Positions 39,269-49,085 of a stretch of DNA of 64,000 nt are shown here, piece after piece. The number at the start of each line of letters is the position of its first letter. The stretch's first letter is position 1. Under the pieces are notes generated by a model, which saw nothing but the letters and a program-made list of their open reading frames with translations, was not told where the DNA came from and made no database searches. The DNA is from an uncultured Candidatus Binatia bacterium (GTDB lineage Bacteria; Desulfobacterota; Binatia; Bin18), in NCBI GenBank assembly GCA_965214605.1, contig OZ243961.1, forward strand, positions 2,048,001 through 2,112,000, read 5' to 3'. Position numbers and translations under genes: made by a program.

Positions 39269-39874
39269 CTACCCATCCGGCAGCGCCAGATAGCGGTACA
39301 GCGTAGACCGTGAGATATGGAGCGTCTGGCAAATATCCTGCACCTCATGCGTGCGGTCCTGATAGAGTGCCTTGGCCATCTGCACCCGGGGATCGTGCGG
39401 GTCCAGCGACGGCCGCCCGCCTAGGCGTCCGCGCGCCCGCGCCGCGGCCAGCCCGGCCCGCGTCCGTTCCTGAATCAGCCGCCGTTCAAACTGCGCCAGC
39501 GCCGAAAAAATATTAAACACCAGCTCGCCCGACGCCGTCGTCGTATCAATGGCGCCGTCACAGATCGACCGAAAGCCGATGCCCTGCTCCTGCAGCTCCT
39601 CCACCAGCGTCACCAAGTGCGCCATCGACCGCCCCAAACGATCCAGGCGCCAGACCAGCAGCAGGTCGCCGGCCTCCAAGGTCTCCAGACATTTGGTCAA
39701 ACCCGGCCGGTCCGCCTTCGCCCCCGATGCCTTATCCACAAAGATCAGTTCCTCTCGACACCCCTGAGCCTTCAGTGCATCCACCTGCATGCGCAGCTCC
39801 TGCTCCGTTGTACTGACCCGAGCATAGCCAATCGTCCTCCCCGCCTCCCGAGCCCCATTTTTCTTCCGTGTCAT
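39269..39874 (-). CDS. Serine recombinase (resolvase/invertase)
   Basis: [29 protein letters not shown] and a C-terminal [11 protein letters not shown]. Confidence 0.92.
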   Translation of the reverse strand: MTRKKNGAREAGRTIGYARVSTTEQELRMQVDALKAQGCREELIFVDKASGAKADRPGLTKCLETLEAGDLLLVWRLDRLGRSMAHLVTLVEELQEQGIGFRSICDGAIDTTTASGELVFNIFSALAQFERRLIQERTRAGLAAARARGRLGGRPSLDPHDPRVQMAKALYQDRTHEVQDICQTLHISRSTLYRYLALPDG

Positions 39875-39877
39875 CGC

Positions 39878-39990
39878 GTATATGATACACAGATTTTTGA
39901 GACGGGTAATATAGAATACATTTCTCCGTCTCGGCTCCCCTACCCGACCCGTCGTGTCGCTGTCTCGCAAAACCTCGTTTGCCAAGACAC
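39878..39990. other. Probable res site
   Basis: Inverted GAGACGG/CCGTCTC pair and TGTCT...AGACA palindrome directly upstream of the resolvase. Confidence 0.55.
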
Positions 39991-40202
39991 GGGACAGCAG
40001 TCGCGTACTGTGGCGTGCCGCCGTGCATCAAACACACGGCAGCTGCTCGACGCCGCCACGGCCGCCCGGCTCGGCGAGATCGAGCGCGGGGTGACTTGGG
40101 CTGTGGTCAAGATGATGGGCGAGAAGGGAAGGGACCATGAATAGCCCTATCATCGCTGCCGTTGAGGAGCATCTTGTCACCTAGAAGGGATTGAATGTTT
40201 AC

Positions 40203-40294
40203 CAGCTCACTGTATTTTTATTAGAGCTGTATATTTTTTAATAATCAGCTCTTGACATTAATTTTTTTGAGCTGATTTTTTTGCAAAACAGCTC
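40203..40294. promoter_or_regulatory. Array of five alternating CAGCTC/GAGCTG boxes with a TTGACA -35
   Basis: Boxes at 40203, 40224, 40246, 40269 and 40289 are separated by A/T tracts; TTGACA at 40252. Confidence 0.65.
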
Positions 40295-40311
40295 TCATTG
40301 GAGGTTGAGAC

Positions 40312-41420
40312 ATGCAAGTGACCTTTCCAGCCATGCGCTCACAAATGGGGGGGCGCAATTACTACGCCACTACGATGGTACTCTCGGAGATACCTCGCCT
40401 CTTCAAGTTCAATGACTGGGAGCGATTCAGCTGCGAGCCCAGCGAGTTCTGAACGAGTCGCGGGTTCCTGTGATCGCAAAGTACATCGTGGACAATGAGG
40501 ACTCCTATTTGTTCTCGTCGATCACGGCGTCTTACTCATCAGACACCATCAAATTCAAGCCGACATCGAAGAACCAGCCCGATATCGGCTACATCGAACT
40601 TGCACTTGAGGAGATGGAATTTGTGATCAACGACGGCCAGTACCGATGTGCGGCTATCGCACAGGCATTAAAGGAAAATCCTACCCTCGCCAAAGATCGC
40701 ATCTCTGTTTTGCTCTTCCCCATGGAGAACATCGACTGGATGCAACAGATGTTCTCAGACCTAAACCGGTTCGCTCAGCGGTCGTCAAAGTCGCTCAACA
40801 TCTTGTACGACCACCGTGACAACCTTGCGGCGCTCACCAATGTCGTTGTGGAAAAAGTCGACGTCTTTCGCGGTCTTGTAGATATGGAGCGTGTGTCTAT
40901 TCCCATCCGCTCGGAGAAACTGTTTGCGCTTTCCACGCTCTACGATGCGAACAAAGAGCTACTGGGCAATAAGATCGATCCGGCTGGCTCAGGTCCGTAC
41001 GAGAAGACATGTGATCGCGCGGTGAACTACTGGAATGCCTTGGCAGAGATCATGACAGACTGGAAGAAGGTTTCTGAGGGTCTTGTTCCCGCCGCTGCGG
41101 TCCGCCAAGAGAAAATCAGTACGCACGCCACCGTGCTCCGTGCGCTCGGTGGAGTTGGTCGTATTCTGAACGAGTACCATCCAGATCAGTGGCGTAAACA
41201 TCTCAAGTACCTTTCTCAGGTAGACTGGCGAAAGAGCGTAGGCGGCAAAGTCAATCCAATGTGGGATGGTGTCTGCATCTCCGCTGGCTCCGTTATTGCA
41301 AACCGCTAGGCTCGCCTTGCCACACTCGAAACCCTGTGTCGCGCAACGCACGTCGCCCAAGACAGCATCCCGGGTATGCGCAAACGCGGCCGGCCTCGTA
41401 AGGCAAACAAGAAGGATTAA
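40312..41420 (+). pseudogene. dndB: DndB-like (DGQHR-domain) regulator, disrupted
   Basis: RAQRVLN, LFSSITAS, INDGQYR and QQMFSDLNR. Frameshift near 40430 and in-frame TAG at 41307. Confidence 0.8.
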
Positions 41421-41559
41421 ATCATGAACAACAACACTCTTTTCGAGACCTTACTTCATGCGGAACATGAGAACGCTGTGATCGACGTACTGGATAAGGT
41501 CGGCTACTCCCTGCGAGGCCGAGATCTTTCTCTCGGGTGCTCTTGAATTTACTCGCCAC

Positions 41560-42282
41560 ATGCTCTTACGCCGCAGCAACTTCGCTCGCGCGGTGTTGTT
41601 GCGACTCGGACAGGTAACCCTAGACTGCCGTGACTTCGTGCCCGACCGGAGCGAGCTTGCGGAGAGGCTGCCGGCGCTCGTCGAGGAGATGCTCTCCGGT
41701 CTTGACGAACTGGTAGAAAGTTGTCGGGAATCGGGCATTCCAAAAAATGCTATCACTGGCCGAAAGCTTCTGCTCCATCGAAGCGCAGTTGGGTTGGAAG
41801 AGGATCGGCGGGTAAGCCATACGATCCGGCTCCCTCGGTTAGTATTTACGTCGCCACCGTATCCAGGGGGCCATGTTCTTTACAATCGCTGGCAATGCCG
41901 AGGAAGGCGTGAGACTCCTGCTCCTTACTAGATTGCTAACGTCAGCGATGGATACGGCCCCGCTTACTACTGCGGCGGAAGTCGAACGCCGACTGGTCTG
42001 CATAAATACTTCCAGATGATCATACATGCTTTTACATCCGTAAAACGGGTCATGCATCCAGACGGACGGGTCGTCCAGATCGTGGGTTTCTCTGACGTAC
42101 AGTCTCAATTACCCACCTACCTCGAAGCGATGGAGCATGCGGGGTTTCGGGAGGTTCGCTCCTCTGAGTTCGGCGGTGAGTTTTTACAACGTAGGGTGGC
42201 AAACCGCAGATGGTACGCAAAGGTTAAGGGTGATATCGATGCCTCCACCGAATTTCTGCTCGTGCACCGCGTTCGGCAGTAG
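41560..42282 (+). pseudogene. N4-cytosine-type DNA methyltransferase remnant
   Basis: VFTSPPYPG motif; in-frame TAG at 41929; N-terminus missing. Confidence 0.7.
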
Positions 42283-42444
42283 GCAATGGCCCTTATCCGC
42301 AAGAGCGGTCCACCATTCGGTGTGTGGCGCAACAGCTCCTCTGAAGCTCGGCAAACACATCGAATTCTCGATTCCGCTGCTGGCGCTTCAATTGTCGCCA
42401 GCAGCGTCTGCCGGAAAGTGGGCTTGATCCGAAGCTGCTCGTGC

Positions 42445-42472
42445 AGGCCCCATAACAGCTGTTATGGGCGAC
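42445..42472. other. dif/Xer-like recombination site
   Basis: AGGCCCCATAA-CAGCTG-TTATGGGCGAC (11-6-11) with a perfect 20-bp core palindrome. Confidence 0.5.
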
Positions 42473-42637
42473 GGCGGCGGCCCCTTGAGCAGGTTGGATA
42501 AAAAGAGTTAAGACGCATACGCAAGGCGCCAGCCGAAGAGGGAGGAAGCGAGCGACCGGGAGCAACCGTCCGACGGGCGTAGGGCGTGACGCCCCTGACT
42601 GTCGGCAGCTAGGGTTAGAAGATTTTTCAGCAACCTG

Positions 42638-43255
42638 CTACGCTTGAGCTAGGACAGTCGCGACAAAACGATTCCCATATACACGCCCAGCCTGTGAAGC
42701 CGACAAGTACTGGACCACCAATATTCCGATATAGATGGAAGCGTCTCTCAGCGGCACAAGCCACAATACCAAAAAAGGTATAGCGGCCAACAGAAAAAGA
42801 GCACTGAATGCAGTGTAGTCGCGTGCGAGAAGAAATAGACGGTGCACATCCGCCACCTTCGGCACCTCTTGCACGGTCTTATAGAACTGATACCACTGCC
42901 GGTTTTGTTCTCCTGGATCAACCGGCAGTGGACCCAAACGCTCTACGACCATTTTTGGTTGCACTCGCGAATCCGAATGGAGGATCTCGGAAAAGGCACG
43001 TGTACCCGGTAGCGGATGTCTCCACCGCCAGAACACCAAACGCGCTTTGTTGTCCGCACTCACTAATCCGTTGATGATGTGGACGAGGAATGGCAATGCA
43101 GCTCCACCAACGATCTGTTCCAGATCTGCCCAAAGACTAGTCCAGCCTTGGGCGAGAATATCCTGGACTTTGAGCACGCCAATAAGTGCTACCGCGTTGA
43201 TGCTTAGAAAAATGGTATGGCCGAGCACGTTTTTTTCTTTAAGTGTCTTCGCCAT
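42638..43255 (-). CDS. Multi-TM membrane protein, putative effector of the MBL/E2-E1-JAB operon
   Basis: About four hydrophobic segments; last gene of the operon. Confidence 0.7.
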   Translation of the reverse strand: MAKTLKEKNVLGHTIFLSINAVALIGVLKVQDILAQGWTSLWADLEQIVGGAALPFLVHIINGLVSADNKARLVFWRWRHPLPGTRAFSEILHSDSRVQPKMVVERLGPLPVDPGEQNRQWYQFYKTVQEVPKVADVHRLFLLARDYTAFSALFLLAAIPFLVLWLVPLRDASIYIGILVVQYLSASQAGRVYGNRFVATVLAQA

Positions 43256-43269
43256 GACAAAAGAACCTT

Positions 43270-45579
43270 CTAGTCTCCCTCTGGACGGGCATCTGCACTA
43301 TCAGCAAGAATCGCGTGGAAATCAGCCGGCGCCCATATCAGAAGAACCGATGGTGTGAGACGTGCCAAGGAGACTGCTCTCGCGGTCGCCTGATCTGTCC
43401 CAGAAGGGCCGCTTGCGGAAAGATGGCTGTGCCAGGTTCCCAAGCAGTAGAGTGACCATCCTACGGCCTCCGAGTATGTCTTCATCTGTTGGCGCAATCC
43501 CTTTGTCCCAAGGATAAATCCGCTCGCTGAGCGCTTGCTATCCTCCGGCGCGTCCAACACGTCGACGATATGAGCGACTTGGGATGCCTCCGAAACCCTG
43601 CCCATCAGCACGCCCCCGGTCTCAACCTTTGCCCAGCGCGTGGCCGCCTTCCGAATCTTTGCCACAGCACGTGCATGAACGTGAATACGCCATGATGCAC
43701 TGTTCGTCGTCGGAACAACAGTCACAGGTGGAATCTTATGGGGGCGCCATGTCAGTCCACAACCATCTTCAGACAGCCGGCCGATAAGTACCTCCCCTCC
43801 ATCGGGCGACAACCCTTCACGCTGCCGGGTCAACAAATATTGAGCCATAGCGGCTGCGAACAGGGACAGCTGTCCGTCCGACATCACCATGGTCAGAGAG
43901 CCACAGCCTTGGCCGATGCTTTGCCGTGATACCGTCTCAGCGCCGTCGAAGACGATGGGAGCCACAGCTGAATCCTCTCGCAGGAGCGCATAATATTCAG
44001 CGATAAGATCGGCGGTGTTCGGATTCCGGCCTGGCCCTTCGGTGGTGATCATCCCGACACGGCCACCGGCAAAGAGCGATGTTTCAACGACTCGCGTGGG
44101 CATGAGACGAGTGGCAGCAAGAGCTTCACGAACGGCCAGGGATGCCGTGGCATTCACAACCGCCCAGGAACGCTTTGACCAGGCGCGTTTTGCTAGGGCT
44201 TTGGACGTGAGAACCTTTACAGCATTCTTCATGATCGGCGTCGCCTTCTGGTTCAGTCCTCGTAGTGACTCGCACAGACCCCGAGCCTTTGCATCTGCCC
44301 AGAGAAGTTGCATATCGCCCGGCGCCGGGATAAGCGCATGGCGCGCAGCGTTGTGTGGCATCATTGTCGATTTATCAAGAACGACTTCCGGACCTTGTCC
44401 AGCCCGCGCGAGATGAAGCGCCAGCTTCGAGCCCAGGCTACCGGCCCCGATAAGCGTCCAGCGTGGCCGTTTCGAGGTCGCCGCGCCCCCGCTCATTTGA
44501 GCAAGAAGGGGGCGTGTTATGGCATGACGATGTCCAGCTGGTCGAACCGCCGTTGCACTGCTATTGGGGAACAGATCAGGGAAACAAATGTTCATGATAT
44601 ACGGGCACAACTCGACGGGGCTCTGACTGCCAATAACGTTGAACGGCCGGCGGGCGAGGAGGATTATCGCCAGCGGAAACGGCCCCGCCTGTCGGTACTT
44701 TGACAGGCATTGCTTCAGCCAGTTGAGGCCGGCATTGAGTCCGTTTGCGCAGCCATACTGCGCCGCGCGTTCCTTCAAGTCATCGACACTGCTGACCGTT
44801 TCCGGGAGATAGATGTCACAGATAGCCTGTTCGCCTTTATCCGGCCGTACGACGAGCGCCAACGATTTACCGTGAGAGAGGCACGAGGTTCTGTCTCCCT
44901 GGCCTTCTCCAAAAAGATTTGCTACAGCAGCGCGATTGACCTTGAGCGTATTGACTGAAATCTGGCCGTGGATAAATTCTGAATGGCCGTTACCACCCAT
45001 CTTTAGGTAACGCAGTTCATGGAAACTGTGTCCACCTCTGCGGTTCACCAGCTGACGAAGGCCATCGGCGTCAGCGACGAGATAATCTTTGAGGGAATCG
45101 CGCCGGACAGGTTCCCACCCCTGTTCTGGATCAATGAGCGTGTCGGAAGCGGCACGCTCAAGCCAGACGGCAGTCTGGTCTAGGATGGCGGCCAGTCCTC
45201 CTTCGTGGAGCAATTCGTCCAGGCTTCCATCATAGATACAAGGAACGGGCCGGCCTTCCGTTAAGTATGGCTGTATGTGCGGCAGATTCCGGGGGAAGTC
45301 GGTGCGCAGCGAGAGGCCGGGCGGATACAGGGGGAAGTTGCTTGGGAAGTCAAAACGCACGACCTCTTTTTGCCTGACACCTAAAGGACTTTCCCCGCAT
45401 GGCTTCCACTCGCTCGGTAGATTGACGTTGAAGACCACATCAACGGTGGTAGTCCCATTTGCTTCATGAAGAGAAAGGTCTTCCACATCGGACACGGCGG
45501 GATGCTTGCACATCAAAGCTCGCGCGCGCAGGAGTGCTTTCCTGTGTCCGCGGTCAGAGGCCATCGTTATTTGTCTCAC
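43270..45579 (-). CDS. E2-E1(ThiF)-JAB fusion (Cap2-Cap3-like)
   Basis: E2 PHIQP...PCIY, ThiF GAGSLGS/RH/GQGCGS and JAB ETGG...WHSH...SGTD. Confidence 0.88.
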   Translation of the reverse strand: MRQITMASDRGHRKALLRARALMCKHPAVSDVEDLSLHEANGTTTVDVVFNVNLPSEWKPCGESPLGVRQKEVVRFDFPSNFPLYPPGLSLRTDFPRNLPHIQPYLTEGRPVPCIYDGSLDELLHEGGLAAILDQTAVWLERAASDTLIDPEQGWEPVRRDSLKDYLVADADGLRQLVNRRGGHSFHELRYLKMGGNGHSEFIHGQISVNTLKVNRAAVANLFGEGQGDRTSCLSHGKSLALVVRPDKGEQAICDIYLPETVSSVDDLKERAAQYGCANGLNAGLNWLKQCLSKYRQAGPFPLAIILLARRPFNVIGSQSPVELCPYIMNICFPDLFPNSSATAVRPAGHRHAITRPLLAQMSGGAATSKRPRWTLIGAGSLGSKLALHLARAGQGPEVVLDKSTMMPHNAARHALIPAPGDMQLLWADAKARGLCESLRGLNQKATPIMKNAVKVLTSKALAKRAWSKRSWAVVNATASLAVREALAATRLMPTRVVETSLFAGGRVGMITTEGPGRNPNTADLIAEYYALLREDSAVAPIVFDGAETVSRQSIGQGCGSLTMVMSDGQLSLFAAAMAQYLLTRQREGLSPDGGEVLIGRLSEDGCGLTWRPHKIPPVTVVPTTNSASWRIHVHARAVAKIRKAATRWAKVETGGVLMGRVSEASQVAHIVDVLDAPEDSKRSASGFILGTKGLRQQMKTYSEAVGWSLYCLGTWHSHLSASGPSGTDQATARAVSLARLTPSVLLIWAPADFHAILADSADARPEGD

Positions 45580-46742
45580 CCGTGGGAAAGAGGCTGGCTG
45601 CTTATGATCCCTGGGCCGGAGGCAGCGCTCTTTCTCATAAGTGTCGTCCGTAGGCGTGGTCCATGCCCAGTGACCTCAAACTCCATGGCATCGGGCGACT
45701 CCTCCGACGGGTATTCACCGACACATTTGAACTCCCCGTGCACGCCGTCCACAATTTCTTCATACTCGCGCTTTGCGCCGATGCAAGGCGGATCGTTGTC
45801 GTCATCTTTGATGGGATTGCTGCTGGAGACGATTGTCGCTCCGTCTCGTGCTTGCGAGAGAGCAGCGCGTGCGTCCTCAGACACCTCGGCCTCTCCGTCC
45901 GATTCGCTCCAACTTTCATACGACAGACTGTGCCATGAGCAGTGGTGGGGTGCCTGGAGAATGTCATAGGACAGTCTCTTCGGGTACTCGCGATGACGCT
46001 GCCAGAGCCTCTCCCAGATGGCGACTTCGGTATCCCCTGCGGTAAAAAATATACACTTAGCGGCGATTCCATCCCCGGCTAGGGAAAACCGAAGGATCGT
46101 GCTCGAATTATTTTTCGATAACGTCTCTTCTTCATCGTCGTTATCTGTCTTGGGGAGTGGGCCAAGGAGTCGAGCCGTCATCGACGTATCCTTCTGACCG
46201 TTGATACGCGAGAACTCCTCATCCACACGGATCAGAATCTCTTCGAGATCGTCGGTCTTTCCATCCTCATCTTCGCCAAGAATAAGGATGCGGTCACCGT
46301 CTTCCACGGCTCCATTCATGTCGCGGAATTTCTTGACCCGGCGACGCGCTTCGCTATTGAACGCCTTGGCGTCTTTAGAGAGGGTATGGTGTCGTGAGGC
46401 ACGTCGAAACACCATCGGCGATGACCATAGCTCCCGAATGAAGATTTTATCCGCGTCCGCAGACCATTCGCCTAGTGGCCCGAGGTGAAAATGCTTTTGG
46501 AGCCCGGCGCAGTGGTCTTTATCAGGATGACTGAGAAGCAGGGCATCTACATACAGCCGTCCGTCGTCATCGCGGTCGAGGCGGTCTCGGAGCATTTCAG
46601 CGACATCCGGCGTATCATCGTCCAGATTGTCCGCATCGGCTCGAATGTTGAGGTCTAGCAGGAGCTTGCGGCCGGATTCCGTCTTAATGAGGGTCATATC
46701 GCCGTTGCCCACCGGAAGAAACGCCAGGGTTGCTTTAGCCAT
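45576..46742 (-). CDS. Metallo-beta-lactamase-fold hydrolase ending in a C-terminal Gly
   Basis: VGNGDMTLI, SHPDKDHC, AGD and APHHCS; ends GIISSQPLSHG. Confidence 0.85.
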   Translation of the reverse strand: MAKATLAFLPVGNGDMTLIKTESGRKLLLDLNIRADADNLDDDTPDVAEMLRDRLDRDDDGRLYVDALLLSHPDKDHCAGLQKHFHLGPLGEWSADADKIFIRELWSSPMVFRRASRHHTLSKDAKAFNSEARRRVKKFRDMNGAVEDGDRILILGEDEDGKTDDLEEILIRVDEEFSRINGQKDTSMTARLLGPLPKTDNDDEEETLSKNNSSTILRFSLAGDGIAAKCIFFTAGDTEVAIWERLWQRHREYPKRLSYDILQAPHHCSWHSLSYESWSESDGEAEVSEDARAALSQARDGATIVSSSNPIKDDDNDPPCIGAKREYEEIVDGVHGEFKCVGEYPSEESPDAMEFEVTGHGPRLRTTLMRKSAASGPGIISSQPLSHG

Positions 46743-46868
46743 GATCTCTCCTCTCCACTTTGGTTTATGACGGTCCGACCCTTGGCATTGCCGGACTCGC
46801 CATGCTAAGCATGACGGCATGATAGACCATCGTAAATATACCGTCAAGGTTAAAATGGCGATATCGAC

Positions 46869-47225
46869 ATGAAAAAGAACCCATCTACGGCTTTCAAAGA
46901 CCGTCTTCGGACGGCGCGCGATGAATTACGCGGCATGAGCCAAGTCGCACTCGCGAAAGCGACAGGCTTACCGCCAAGTTCGATTGCTCACTTCGAAGGA
47001 GGCACCCGCAAGCCTTCTTTCGACAACCTGCGCAAACTTGCCACCGTCTTGAATGTGACGACGGACTACTTGCTGGGTCGGATCGACGAGCCGGAGGTCG
47101 CCGCCACGGCCGATCCGCTCTACCGCTATGGGGCAAGGCTGACTGACAAAGACCGCTTACTCGCAGCGGAATTCATGCAGATGTTAGAAAAACTTGATCG
47201 CAAAGATCGAGAGACCAGCGAATGA
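46869..47225 (+). CDS. XRE-family HTH regulator (CapH-like)
   Basis: SQVALAKATGLPPSSIAHFEGGTRKPSFDNL...DYLLGR. Confidence 0.9.
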   Translation: MKKNPSTAFKDRLRTARDELRGMSQVALAKATGLPPSSIAHFEGGTRKPSFDNLRKLATVLNVTTDYLLGRIDEPEVAATADPLYRYGARLTDKDRLLAAEFMQMLEKLDRKDRETSE

Positions 47226-48118
47226 GCCAGAAGACCGAGCCGCGTGGATTTCTCCTGATGCGGCAGGCCAAGCGCCTTCTGAGGGATGAGGAGTTATTGC
47301 GTCTTCCCGTTGACCTCGAAAGCCTTGCCAGGACCCGCGATATTGTCATTGGACGGATGCCCGGCCCTAACACCGGTGTATCAGGGATGCTCGTTCGCCA
47401 CGGCAATACCTTCGGTATTCTGTATGCCACGGCCATTCCTAACGAAGGCTTCCAGCGTTTCAGTATTGCTCATGAGCTTGGCCACTTCTTTATTGACGGG
47501 CATATCGACCATATCCCGTTCGACGGGGCTCTGCACGAATCATACGCGGATTTCGTCTCCAACGATCCATACGAGCGTGAAGCAGACTATTTTGCTGCCG
47601 GCTTGCTCATGCCGGAAACTCCCGTATGCGGCATCATACGGGAGCAACCGGACGGGCTTTGCACCATTGAAGCCATCCAGCACGCAGCCCGGGCCTCTCT
47701 GACTGCCTCGGCCATCCGATACGTTGGACTGACAGAGAGTGCGACAGCCGTGATCGTTAGCCAGGGCGACAAGATTGACTACTGCTTCATGTCGAACACC
47801 CTGATGAAATCGTTCAGGGACCTCACCTGGCCTCGGAAGGGGGATCCAATCCCATCTGGAACGGTTACAGCGTCGATAGCACGGAAGCCGGATCAGTTGC
47901 GGCGCGACGCTCGGGACTCGGATGAAATCGACGCTATGGAATGGTTCGCCTGTGAACGATCCGTGCAAGCGCTTGAGGAGGTCGTAGGGCTCGGCAGCTA
48001 CGGTCGAGTTCTCACGGTTCTCACCTGTCCTAACCTTTTAGACGATGCCTTTATGGAAGAAGAGGAGGACTCGGACGAAGCCTTGGAAGAAAGCTGGACT
48101 CCTCACTTTCGGCGTTAG
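47222..48118 (+). CDS. ImmA/IrrE-family metallopeptidase (CapP-like)
   Basis: RFSIAHELGH, EREADYFAAGLLMP; overlaps the HTH gene stop. Confidence 0.9.
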   Translation: MSQKTEPRGFLLMRQAKRLLRDEELLRLPVDLESLARTRDIVIGRMPGPNTGVSGMLVRHGNTFGILYATAIPNEGFQRFSIAHELGHFFIDGHIDHIPFDGALHESYADFVSNDPYEREADYFAAGLLMPETPVCGIIREQPDGLCTIEAIQHAARASLTASAIRYVGLTESATAVIVSQGDKIDYCFMSNTLMKSFRDLTWPRKGDPIPSGTVTASIARKPDQLRRDARDSDEIDAMEWFACERSVQALEEVVGLGSYGRVLTVLTCPNLLDDAFMEEEEDSDEALEESWTPHFRR

Positions 48119-48563
48119 ATGCGTCCACGCTGGGGTTGCATAGCTCTGACGACCGTCTCCTCCTTCATCGGACGTAGCATATGCACGAAATAGATACCTA
48201 TAGTCCGTGGACGTAAGGTCATCATCTCTGATCTGCTAGAATCATGAACAAGAGTGTCGATGACGATATCAGAGTCGTCCCCTCCGCCTGCCTCCTGCAC
48301 TTGGTGTGGCCCTCCGTCGCTCCACGCCCCGCTCTGTCGGCGCGGGTCGGGGTCCGTCGGGGGATCGCGGCAGTCTGTCGGTGCGGGTCTGGCTCTGGCG
48401 GTACGGGTCGGCCAGTCAAAGCCCTGACCGCTTCCGCCCTCTGTCCCTGACTCCGCCCTCTGTCCCTCCTCCCGCAAGACTGCGCCGCCCTGGCAACCCG
48501 CGCCAAGCAGAGCTTGTCACGGGCCGCGCGGCAGGAGGCTTTCCACGTCGGGTGTCCCTTCGC

Positions 48564-48603
48564 TTTTTTTCCGGTCCGAGCCTGGGTGAGAACCGGGAAA
48601 AAA
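48564..48603 (+). promoter_or_regulatory. Conserved leader hairpin upstream of the HNH gene
   Basis: Stem TTTTTTTCCGGT/ACCGGGAAAAAA with loop CCGAGCCTGGGTGAGA; same position relative to the start codon as the ardC copy. Confidence 0.6.
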
Positions 48604-48637
48604 CGTCTTTCTTTTTTGCGCAGGAAAGGACCACGCC

Positions 48638-49066
48638 ATGAATCGCCACGGAATGAACTGGATACGCCGAGAAAAGCGGCTGGCGCTGCACCTGCGGGAT
48701 GGGCTGGTGTGTGTGTACTGCGGCGCGGCCGGCGAGGACGGCGGGCAGCTCACCCTGGACCATCTGCGGCCTGTCAGCAAGGGCGGAACTAACGACGCGA
48801 GCAACCTGGTCACGGCGTGCTAGCAGTGCAACAGCAGCCGGGGCACTCGCAGCGTCCGGGGCTTCTGCAGGGAGGTGTCAGGCTACCTGGAGCATGGCAT
48901 CAGCGCCGGTGAGATCGAGCAGCACGTTCGGCGCTGTGCCGCCCGGCAGACCGACGCCCAAGCCGCAAAGGCGCTGATCGGCGGAGCGGGGCGACTGGAC
49001 CCAATGCCTCACAATGTAAAAGCTAAATTGTATTGCATTGCGCTACACGATATAATACAAAATTAA
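48638..49066 (+). pseudogene. HNH endonuclease with an internal stop
   Basis: RDGLVCVYCG...LDHLRPVSKGG...NLVTAC*QCN; TAG at 48821. Confidence 0.8.
49012..49056 (+). promoter_or_regulatory. Sigma70 promoter overlapped by an inverted repeat
   Basis: TTGTAT (49028)-17 bp-TATAAT (49051), overlapped by CAATGTAA...TTGCATTG. Confidence 0.6.
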
Positions 49067-49085
49067 GAAGGAAAGGAGCAAGATT

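Noticed and set aside
42638-48118. CBASS or Pycsar assignment
   Set aside because: No nucleotidyltransferase or cyclase gene is present in the operon.
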